Below are positions 33,854-42,489 of a stretch of 64,000 nt of DNA, piece after piece. A program made the translations under genes and the position numbers. Source of the stretch: Cyanobacteria bacterium P01_D01_bin.156 (GTDB taxonomy: Bacteria > Cyanobacteriota > Cyanobacteriia > Phormidesmidales > Phormidesmidaceae); assembly GCA_039024555.1 (NCBI GenBank), contig JBCCQQ010000003.1, forward strand, positions 32,001 through 96,000. Direction: 5' to 3'. Positions within the stretch are counted from its first letter, which is position 1. The number at the start of each line of letters is the position of its first letter. The notes beneath the pieces are model-generated. The model was given only the letters and a program-made list of their open reading frames with translations, searched no databases and was not told where the DNA came from.

Positions 33854-36391
33854 ATGCAGTCGGTGACATTCATGGTCAAAGTAATATGGCAGCGTTTGCA
33901 TACTTCCATCAGCTGGTGTAAAGCACAGTTACCAGTATTCTCTACGTCGCCGCGTCAAAGATCTAATACGTCAATTCGTCAATCGACCCGGTCAGCTAAC
34001 TCAGCGACAGGGCGCTATGCCGCTACTGAAAAAAAGTCACTGCACCAAGCTCAAATTGGCATTTGTTTGACGATGCTGTTGTTAACAGCGATTTTGGGGC
34101 AAAGGTTTTACAATCAGCCGGCGCTTACGGTTGGGAGCATGGCAGCAGATAATTTCATCGCGCCTTACAATGCCACACTCCCAGATATGGTGACTACAGA
34201 GGCCAACCGTCAGGCCGCACGCAGTGGTTCCAATGTGGTGTTACAAATTGATGGAACAACGACTCAGGCAATTACCGAGAGTACCAATAGCATCTTGGCT
34301 CAGGGTAGTCTTCTGCGACAGCAAGTTGGTGCTTTGCCCTATGTTTCAACAGATAAGCTATCAAGCCGCACTCAGCAGTATCTGCGTCAGTTAGCCCCGA
34401 ATCAGTGGGAGGAACTCTGGGAGCTGGTGAAACTCCCTCAATTAACACCTAGCACCTTTGAACAGGGAGCACCTGCTCCACTGAAAAGACGCCTAGAAAA
34501 TTTAGATGTCAATCAACGTATTGCCCTCCGAGAGCTATTACGATTACGAGAGCAACCATCAAAGCCATCTATGATTGCGCTGCGTAGCCAAATTGAAACG
34601 AAACGTCAGCAATATAGCAGAGTAAAACTTGAGCTTGCTAAACTAACAACCCGTGATGGTGTACAACCGTTAGATCTAAAAATTCTTGAACTCAATGACA
34701 CAGACTGGCAATCTGTTCAAGCAAGAACCCGATTGGTTCTTGCTCGTATGTTGACTCAAGGGATTCATGAAGGAACACCTCCTGAATTATGGCAGCGGGC
34801 AATTGATAGCCAAGTTCAAGGAACTGCAATCTTAGAGGACGCTACCTCTGAAAATCGTGATGACTTCCTGAAGAAAGAAAACATAGCCAAGGAGATTGTT
34901 GCTAAGATTCTTCGCTCTGTAATCGAGCCTAATCTCATTGAAGATGTGGAGCAGACAAGGCTACGGGCTGAACAGGTAGAGAATGAAGTTAAAACCGTAA
35001 CTGTCTCTATCGAACGGGGAGAACCCATTGTTGAGAAAGGGGAGACAATTACGCAAGGTGATTTTGTCCTTCTAGACCATTTCAATTTGACCCAGCGCCG
35101 ATTTAATTGGATAGGGTTTGTTGCCTTTGGGGGGTTGGTAAGTGCATGTGTTGGTGTACTTCTATGGCTCAATCACTGGCAAAAAGGAGGATTACGCCAA
35201 CGAGATCATTTGCTTGTACTGTGCCTCATTGCGAGTGTGGCAGCCCTAATGGCTCTGAAAATCCCTGGGCTTGGTTTACCTGCTGTAGGACTGCTATTGG
35301 GTAGCTTTTATGGATATATCTTAGCGGCAGTAACGATTGGATTACTTGTAATTCTGCTACCTATTGGCGGATCGGTCGCAGTTTTGCCTTTGTTTGCAGC
35401 CGCTTGCGCAGCCTTGGTTGGTGCTTGGATTGCTCCTCGACTGCGATCGCGAGAAGAATTTGCCCTATTGGGTGGGGTTGTCGGTCTGACTCAAGGGCTA
35501 TTGCATTTAGTCCTCACACTGATGTTTAACAGTGTGGCATCCTCAGTTTGGTACACCGTCTTAGGTGATTCCGCTATCTTTGGAGTTTATGGCATTGCCT
35601 GGAGCATTTTTGCCTTGGGAGTCAGTCCATATTTAGAGTCATTTTTTGATGTCGTTACCCCCATTCGTCTCGCCGAACTTTCGAATCCCAATCGCCCACT
35701 CTTAAAACGATTAGCAGCAGATGCACCGGGCACATTTCAACACACCATGTTTGTCGCTAATCTGGCAGAAGCTGCCGCTCGTGCTCTAGGGCACAATGTT
35801 GAGCTAGTGCGTGCTGGCACCTTATACCATGACATTGGTAAAATGCATGATCCTCTGGGGTTTATCGAAAATCAGATGGGAGGTCCTAACAAGCATGATT
35901 TAATTAATGATCCTTGGATAAGCGCCGACATCATTAAAAAGCATGTAACCGAAGGCTTGGTCATGGCAAAGAAGCATCGTCTCCCTAAAGCAATTCAGGC
36001 ATTTATACCCGAGCATCAGGGAGATATGCTCATCAGTTATTTCTACTATCAAGCTAAAGAAATTGCAGCTAGCAAGTCTGACAACAAAGAGATACGGGAA
36101 GAAGATTTTCGCTACGCAGGGCCTATTCCCCAGTCTCCAGAAACTGGGATTGTAATGCTGGCAGATTCCTGTGAAGCCGCGCTAAGATCGCTGCAAAAGG
36201 AAGCATGTGCAGAAGATGCCTATGCGATGGTCAATAAAATCTTACGAGCTCGCTGGAAAGACAAACAGCTAGTGGACTCTTGTTTAACACGCAAAGATAT
36301 GGATATTATCGCCAATGTCTTTGTGCAAGTATGGCAACAATTTAACCATAAGCGAATTGCCTATCCCAAAGGTGCTTTAGCAGCCCGCTAA
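33854..36391 (+). CDS. 7TM-HD family phosphohydrolase (PgpH-like, putative c-di-AMP phosphodiesterase)
   Basis: Extracellular domain and TM bundle, then APGTFQHT, YHDIGK, KKHV, EHQG and MLADSCEA. Confidence 0.88.
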   Translation: MQSVTFMVKVIWQRLHTSISWCKAQLPVFSTSPRQRSNTSIRQSTRSANSATGRYAATEKKSLHQAQIGICLTMLLLTAILGQRFYNQPALTVGSMAADNFIAPYNATLPDMVTTEANRQAARSGSNVVLQIDGTTTQAITESTNSILAQGSLLRQQVGALPYVSTDKLSSRTQQYLRQLAPNQWEELWELVKLPQLTPSTFEQGAPAPLKRRLENLDVNQRIALRELLRLREQPSKPSMIALRSQIETKRQQYSRVKLELAKLTTRDGVQPLDLKILELNDTDWQSVQARTRLVLARMLTQGIHEGTPPELWQRAIDSQVQGTAILEDATSENRDDFLKKENIAKEIVAKILRSVIEPNLIEDVEQTRLRAEQVENEVKTVTVSIERGEPIVEKGETITQGDFVLLDHFNLTQRRFNWIGFVAFGGLVSACVGVLLWLNHWQKGGLRQRDHLLVLCLIASVAALMALKIPGLGLPAVGLLLGSFYGYILAAVTIGLLVILLPIGGSVAVLPLFAAACAALVGAWIAPRLRSREEFALLGGVVGLTQGLLHLVLTLMFNSVASSVWYTVLGDSAIFGVYGIAWSIFALGVSPYLESFFDVVTPIRLAELSNPNRPLLKRLAADAPGTFQHTMFVANLAEAAARALGHNVELVRAGTLYHDIGKMHDPLGFIENQMGGPNKHDLINDPWISADIIKKHVTEGLVMAKKHRLPKAIQAFIPEHQGDMLISYFYYQAKEIAASKSDNKEIREEDFRYAGPIPQSPETGIVMLADSCEAALRSLQKEACAEDAYAMVNKILRARWKDKQLVDSCLTRKDMDIIANVFVQVWQQFNHKRIAYPKGALAAR

Positions 36392-36418
36392 ATACCCTCT
36401 CCAAAACAAGTCTCTAGT

Positions 36419-37306
36419 CTACGGGCTTGGCAATTGCTGATTCATAAGCTTTTGACCGAGTATGCCATATTTTGGCGCAAACATCATGGCCAGAGCAAAA
36501 AGCACAGTCATCAGCACAACAATGCTACCTCCAGTAGACACATCTAGATGATAGCTGACGTAAGTCCCTAACACACAGGAGAGAACGCTTGTAGCTACTG
36601 AAATGACTAGCATCTTGTCAAAGCGATCGGTCAATAAATAGGCCGTTGCACCTGGCGTAACCAGCATAGCCACTACCAAGACAATCCCTGCTGTTTGTAG
36701 TGCGGTAACAATTGTCAATGCCAATACCGACAGTAATGTGTAATACATTAGCTGTGTATTCAGTCCAATCGCCTTAGCGTGATTAGGGTCAAAACAAAAC
36801 AACAATAGATCTCGCCGACGTAAGAGAATAATGATTAAGGTAGCAATACCAGCAATTAAGGTTTGCACAATATCTGATGGGGAAATGCCTAATACATTGC
36901 CAAATAGGATGTGAAATAGGTCAACATTACTAGGTATTTTGGTAGCTAAGACCAAGCCAAAAGCAAAGAACCCGGTAAAAATCACACCAATAACAGCATC
37001 TTCTTTAAGACGAGTCTGGGATTTGACATATCCAATGATTACGGTGGCACCAAAACCAAATGTAAATGCTCCCAGAGCAAAGGGTAACCCTAGGGCATAG
37101 GCAACAACGACCCCTGGCACAACAGCATGGGAAACAGCATCACCCATCAGTGACCAACCTTTCAGGGTAATATAACAAGAGAGCACAGCACATATTACAC
37201 CCACAAAAGCGCTCACCCATAGAGCCTTCACCATGAATCCAAATTGCAGGGGTTCCAGCAACCACTGCACAATCATAGGAACTTGCATAAGAAAAAGATT
37301 ATCCAT
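36419..37306 (-). CDS. mntB: Mn/Zn/Fe ABC transporter permease
   Basis: SLMGDAVSHAVVPG, EDAVIG and LFGNVLG. Confidence 0.88.
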   Translation of the reverse strand: MDNLFLMQVPMIVQWLLEPLQFGFMVKALWVSAFVGVICAVLSCYITLKGWSLMGDAVSHAVVPGVVVAYALGLPFALGAFTFGFGATVIIGYVKSQTRLKEDAVIGVIFTGFFAFGLVLATKIPSNVDLFHILFGNVLGISPSDIVQTLIAGIATLIIILLRRRDLLLFCFDPNHAKAIGLNTQLMYYTLLSVLALTIVTALQTAGIVLVVAMLVTPGATAYLLTDRFDKMLVISVATSVLSCVLGTYVSYHLDVSTGGSIVVLMTVLFALAMMFAPKYGILGQKLMNQQLPSP

Positions 37307-37394
37307 AATGATGGTTGCGAGCAGGCTTAAGGCTTGTTAAAAGTTAGAATCATTGCTTTATGCTTTAAATCATGGCTTCATAAGCTTTTCAGGC

Positions 37395-38189
37395 TTAAAC
37401 CGTAAAGTCGTTTCTTAAGAGTTCCTTAGCTTCAGAAGAGCTTCCCGATAGGCTATTCAGGGGTAAACCACCAAACGTCATAGCCAGATTTTCTGCAGTA
37501 AATGTATCTACTGTGGCTCCTTCAGCAAGAACGGTGCGGTTAAGCAAGATTGTGCGATCGCAGAACGTAGAAATCGATACCAAATCATGGGTCGATACCA
37601 AGATCGTGTGTCCCTCATCTCGCAGCTGCAGTAACAGATTCACAATTTTCTTCTCTGTTTTGACATCCACCCCAGTAAAAGGTTCATCTAACAGAATCAC
37701 CCGACTGTTTTGAGCCATTGCTCGAGCCAAAAATGCTCGTTTTTTCTGTCCCCCGGAAAGTTCTCCAATCTGTCGATGGCGAAAGTCCTCCATACCCACA
37801 CGTTCTAAACTTTCTGCCACCCGGCGACGATCCTCGCGTCCCGGAATGCGTAGCATATTCATATAGCCGTAACGACCCATCATCACCACATCCGCCACAC
37901 TCACAGGAAAGTTCCAGTCCACCTCATCTGCTTGAGGAACATAGGACATCAACTGACGTTTTTGAGCCATGTTGACCGATAAACCATCAATGTGAACCCT
38001 GCCCTGGTTAGGAGTAACAAAGCCCATAATGGTCTTGAATAAGGTGGATTTTCCACCACCGTTGGGACCTACCAAGCCAGTAATCGTACCAGGCTGAACG
38101 TAACAGCTAGCGTTATATAAAGCCAGATGGGCATTGCTGTAAGTAACGCTAATATTTTCGACGGTGATACCAAAGGTGTCTGAGCGCAT
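37395..38189 (-). CDS. mntA: Mn ABC transporter ATP-binding protein
   Basis: GPNGGGKST, YVPQADEVDWNFPV, LSGGQKKRAFLARA and LLDEPFTGVD. Confidence 0.88.
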   Translation of the reverse strand: MRSDTFGITVENISVTYSNAHLALYNASCYVQPGTITGLVGPNGGGKSTLFKTIMGFVTPNQGRVHIDGLSVNMAQKRQLMSYVPQADEVDWNFPVSVADVVMMGRYGYMNMLRIPGREDRRRVAESLERVGMEDFRHRQIGELSGGQKKRAFLARAMAQNSRVILLDEPFTGVDVKTEKKIVNLLLQLRDEGHTILVSTHDLVSISTFCDRTILLNRTVLAEGATVDTFTAENLAMTFGGLPLNSLSGSSSEAKELLRNDFTV

Positions 38190-38257
38190 TGTGGGTCAAG
38201 TGAGAGGAACAGGAAAAAAGACTGTAACGGAATATGGAAATGCCTAGCTTTTGCAAA

Positions 38258-39190
38258 TCATCGTGACAACAGCCCCTCGCTGATTACTTGGGCATCATAT
38301 TGCAGTAGGTCTAGAAACGTGGGGACCGGACCGTCTGCAGTAGAGAGAGAATCAACATAGAGATTGCCGCCAAACTTAGCCCCAGTTGCGCGAGCTACTT
38401 CCTGCTGACCTTCATCGCTGACTGTGCTTTCGCAGAAAACAGTAGGAATATTGTTGCTGATAACTGTTGTAATGACTTCTTGAATTTGCTTAGGTGTAGA
38501 CTGTTGTTCTGCATTGATGGGCCAGAGATAGACTTCTTTTAAACCGTAATCCTTGGCCAGGTAGGAAAAGGCCCCTTCACAACTCACGAGATAACGTTCG
38601 TTTTCTGGCACTTGAGCTAAGTTCGCCTGGAGTTGAGTGTCAATGGCCTGTAACTGTTTACTATAGGCAGCGGCATTGGCGTTGTAGATATCTGTATTTT
38701 CTGGATCTAGCTCTACAAACGCCTGGCGGATATTTTCAACATATATCAGCGCATTTTGAGGAGACATCCAGGCGTGGGGATTGGATTTGTTCGTGTAGGG
38801 ACCTTCTGCGATCGCAATAGGCTCAATGCCCTCTGTCAAAATCACCGACGGCACATCCTGGACATTACTTAGAAACTGCTCAAGCCAGCGCTCCAGGTTC
38901 ATACCGTTATAAAGAATCAGATCGGCATCTTGAGCTTTTACCAAATCGCTCGGTGTCGGTTCATAACCATGAATTTCAGCCCCGATACGCGTAATTGAGT
39001 CAACTTGGAGCTCATCCCCAGCGACGTTTTGAGCCATATCCGCCAGAATTGTGAACGTAGTCAGCACAACTTTCTGCTCACTAAGATCTCCCGAAATAGA
39101 CGGTTTTTGACCACAGCCTGCCAGACCTAGTAGCAGTGCAATACCTACCCAGCAATACTTTCGCTTAACTTTTTGAAGAGCCGCCAGCAT
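38258..39190 (-). CDS. mntC: Mn ABC transporter substrate-binding lipoprotein
   Basis: Lipobox LAGC and His/His/Glu/Asp ligand motifs EIHGYEP, NPHAW, SCEGAF and YVDSL. Confidence 0.9.
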   Translation of the reverse strand: MLAALQKVKRKYCWVGIALLLGLAGCGQKPSISGDLSEQKVVLTTFTILADMAQNVAGDELQVDSITRIGAEIHGYEPTPSDLVKAQDADLILYNGMNLERWLEQFLSNVQDVPSVILTEGIEPIAIAEGPYTNKSNPHAWMSPQNALIYVENIRQAFVELDPENTDIYNANAAAYSKQLQAIDTQLQANLAQVPENERYLVSCEGAFSYLAKDYGLKEVYLWPINAEQQSTPKQIQEVITTVISNNIPTVFCESTVSDEGQQEVARATGAKFGGNLYVDSLSTADGPVPTFLDLLQYDAQVISEGLLSR

Positions 39191-39225
39191 TTCATAATCG
39201 TTTCATTTTTCATTATTATCTCATA
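39189..39225 (-). promoter_or_regulatory. Two tandem ManR-type direct-repeat boxes
   Basis: On the minus strand, TATGAGAT-AAT-AATGAAAA (39225-39207) and AATGAAAC-GAT-TATGAAAT (39207-39189). Each is an 8-3-8 repeat of (T/A)ATGA(G/A)A, like the described cyanobacterial ManR site. Confidence 0.7.
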
Positions 39226-39443
39226 ATTGCAGGGTACTGTGTGATGCTCGGGAAAAAACTTGGCTTCGTAGATTTGTAACAGTCCCTCCTATATGTAAGA
39301 AAAGATGCTGCTTAGCGACCATGCAACTACAATCATGGATACGACCCGCTTATGGTTTTCCATGATTGAAAATGCATCTACTGGTTGAACAGTACACCCT
39401 ATTGTTGAGTACTGTTACTCTGAGTCTCTTGCAAGCTCTACTT

Positions 39444-42125
39444 TTAAAGCACTGAAGAGGTAATGTTGGTAGCGCATGTCTGGTCTGGCTGAATCAGTAT
39501 CCCATTGCTAGATCCAGAAACTTTAACCAGAGGAGTTTTTGGCAACATGATTGCTAACTCAGCACCTTTCTCTAGGATAGATTGGCAGATTAGTTGACCA
39601 CCATGTTGCTGAACAACAATTTGATGACTAATAGCTAAGCCCATACCCGTTCCAGTACCAACGGGTTTAGTTGTAAAAAATGGATCGAAAATTTGTTGTT
39701 GTAACGCTTTAGGAATGCCATTGCCATTATCGGTAATCGTAATAACGATCTGGTCTACCTGATTTTTAGTAGTAATGGTAATTTTCCCAGATGGCTTTTC
39801 TTCCAACGCATCGATTGCGTTATTTAAGATATGGAAGAACACTTGATTAAGTGCTCCAGCAAAGCATTCAATTTCAGGTAACAATCCATAATTTTTTTGA
39901 ATGGCAATAGCTGGTCGTTTAGACTGTATACCGAGTCGATGATTCAACAACATGAGAGTGTTATCTAACCCTTCATGCACATCCACTTTTTTGAGAGTGG
40001 CTTCGTCGTAACGAGCAAAATTGCGTAGTGATTGAACGATATCGCGAATACGCTCGGTCCCCGTCTGCATTGCACTAATTAACTTAGGAAAATCCGTTCT
40101 AATAAACTCCAAGTGCTCGACATCAATATCGGCAGACGTATTTTTATCAGATACGGGCAACGATCCGGTTTGATAGTGTTCAATAGCCCTCATCATCACT
40201 TCAACATACTGGATGGCGTATTCCAAATTGCCATGGATGAACCCCACAGGATTATTAATTTCATGAGCGATTCCAGCCACTAACTGGCCTAACCCAGCCA
40301 TTTTTTCACTTTGCAACAACTGAGCTTGAGCTCGTTTCAGCTCATCCATCGCTTGCTGTAATTGTTGAGCAGTTTGACGTGCATCTAACTCGGATTTGAG
40401 TAAGGCTGACTCAGCTTTTTTACGATCAGTAATATCTCGTACCATGATCGTTAAAAAGCTGTTGGCATTTATCTCAGAGCGCGTCGCCAAAATTTCAACA
40501 GGGAAACGACGTCCTCCCTTATGTAGACCAATTGCCTCGTAAACTTCACCTGTTTTAACCGCCTGGCACACAAACGCAGGTAATGCTTGCTGGGCTTCAT
40601 GATGACTTTGCGGAAAATCTGTTGTGACTAGAGTTGTAAGGGATTGCCCTGTTGTTTGCAGCCACTTACCACCAAAAATTGATCCAATCGCTGGATTAGC
40701 ACTTTGAATTTCTAGGGTTTCTGGATCTACGGTCAAAATGCCATCTGCAGCCGTCGTAATAATTGCATTTGTTTTTGCTGTTGACCGTTCCAATGCATCA
40801 ACAACCTGGTTGTACCAATGGCTAATTTGTCCAACTTCAGTCAATGTACTGACACGAACACGTTGCTTGAGGTTACCGGTTTTTGCATGGGCTTGCATCG
40901 TTGCAAACAATCCCTGAAACTCATTGCTAGCGCCATGTTCTGAACTATTCAAACCTAAATACTCATGCCTATGCGAGACACGAAGAGGTACATAGCGATT
41001 AAGCAATAAAAATGCAGTCAGGGCTAATGTAAAAGACCATAGGCCACAGGCTAGGATACCGGAGACTTGAGCCACAAGCTGTTGTCCACGAGAAAGACCT
41101 GTACCTATTGTTTCTAGATCGCCTAACAAAGCAACGGCAAGCGTTCCCCAAATGCCTGGCACTAAGTGTACTGAGACAGCTCCAATAGCGTCATCAATCT
41201 TAAATTTTTCTAGTAAGGCATCCCCAAATATCATCACGATGCCCCCTACGGCACCAATGATGAGAGCATTCCTACAAGACACAACATGGCAATTGGCTGT
41301 AATTGCCACCAGTCCGGCCAAAGGGCCATTCATCACCGCTTTATAGGAAACTTGACCACCGTGAAATCTAAGGGACCACACGAGTGTTGCCACTAACCCT
41401 GCAGCTCCCGCCAATAGGGTATTGACTAAAATCCTTGGTACTTGCTCGTTGAATGCTAGAGTACTGCCACCGTTAAAGCCAAACCATCCAAACCATAGCA
41501 ACAACGTCCCTAAGAAAGCTAACGGTAAATCTGAACTGGGGGTCTGTTGAACAAAGTTATATCGAGAAAAGCGTCCGAGTCGGGGACCAATAATGACAAC
41601 TGCAGCGAGGGCAACCCACCCACCCAAGCTATGTACCACCGTAGAACCGGCAAAATCTACAAATCCTTGTTGCTCTAGCCAGCCCGTGGCAGTAGATTTC
41701 TCCAGACCATTCCACACCCAATGACCATAAATCGGATAAATCAAGCCAGCGATTAATACAACGCTACACAGATAACCTCGAAAGGTCATTCGTTCAGCCA
41801 CTGCTCCAGATACGATCGTGACAGCAGTGCTGCAAAACATAGCCTGGAATAAAAAGAAAACTATTGGCCAATGATCTTGGCTAAATTCCGGTGCAAACAT
41901 ATTGATCCCCCCCCATCCACTGAGAGAAGAGCCAAACATCAAACCGTAGCCTAGCAACCAGAATATGATTACTGACAGGCCCGTATCGGACAAGTTTTTA
42001 ATAGCAACGTTGATGTTATTTTTGCGCCGAGTAGACCCCGCTTCTATACACAAAAAACCTGCCTGCATTATGAACACCAGGCTGGCGCTAACAACCACCC
42101 AAAGTGCATCCAATGACAATGGCAT
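39444..42125 (-). CDS. Ammonium transporter-HAMP-like-PAS-histidine kinase fusion
   Basis: Amt domain ([46 protein letters not shown]), PAS (ADGILTVD...RDITDRKK), H-box AHEINNP and HATPase motifs ([25 protein letters not shown]). Confidence 0.93.
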   Translation of the reverse strand: MPLSLDALWVVVSASLVFIMQAGFLCIEAGSTRRKNNINVAIKNLSDTGLSVIIFWLLGYGLMFGSSLSGWGGINMFAPEFSQDHWPIVFFLFQAMFCSTAVTIVSGAVAERMTFRGYLCSVVLIAGLIYPIYGHWVWNGLEKSTATGWLEQQGFVDFAGSTVVHSLGGWVALAAVVIIGPRLGRFSRYNFVQQTPSSDLPLAFLGTLLLWFGWFGFNGGSTLAFNEQVPRILVNTLLAGAAGLVATLVWSLRFHGGQVSYKAVMNGPLAGLVAITANCHVVSCRNALIIGAVGGIVMIFGDALLEKFKIDDAIGAVSVHLVPGIWGTLAVALLGDLETIGTGLSRGQQLVAQVSGILACGLWSFTLALTAFLLLNRYVPLRVSHRHEYLGLNSSEHGASNEFQGLFATMQAHAKTGNLKQRVRVSTLTEVGQISHWYNQVVDALERSTAKTNAIITTAADGILTVDPETLEIQSANPAIGSIFGGKWLQTTGQSLTTLVTTDFPQSHHEAQQALPAFVCQAVKTGEVYEAIGLHKGGRRFPVEILATRSEINANSFLTIMVRDITDRKKAESALLKSELDARQTAQQLQQAMDELKRAQAQLLQSEKMAGLGQLVAGIAHEINNPVGFIHGNLEYAIQYVEVMMRAIEHYQTGSLPVSDKNTSADIDVEHLEFIRTDFPKLISAMQTGTERIRDIVQSLRNFARYDEATLKKVDVHEGLDNTLMLLNHRLGIQSKRPAIAIQKNYGLLPEIECFAGALNQVFFHILNNAIDALEEKPSGKITITTKNQVDQIVITITDNGNGIPKALQQQIFDPFFTTKPVGTGTGMGLAISHQIVVQQHGGQLICQSILEKGAELAIMLPKTPLVKVSGSSNGILIQPDQTCATNITSSVL

Positions 42126-42489
42126 AGTGAGGAAGGATTTGTAGTGCTCGACTTATGAAACTCGATCTGGTAGAGCTATGGTCCGTAGCTGACATAGAGC
42201 TGCCGAATATGACAGTGCCATAACATTGACATTTGTCGAGCGAAAGACAGTAAAAACTCAGCAGTCATGCATACCAGTACATGAATTTCTGCCCATATAG
42301 TGCCCGACAATGTGCCTGAATATCTTGATCAATTCTGGCTTCAGAAAACATAGATTTTGTGCGCGTTTACCCATGACTATCAGAATGTTGATACCTAAAA
42401 CGCAATTAGGTAGTTAATACTCTCTGAGACAAGACGATACATCCACCAAACTGACTCATAATTAGAAGGCTGCTTTAACGACATCTGTT

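Noticed and set aside
42126..42489. Search for an NtcA box upstream of the Amt-kinase gene
   Set aside because: No GTA-N8-TAC was found; only a weak TGTC-N8-GACA, which is not enough to call.
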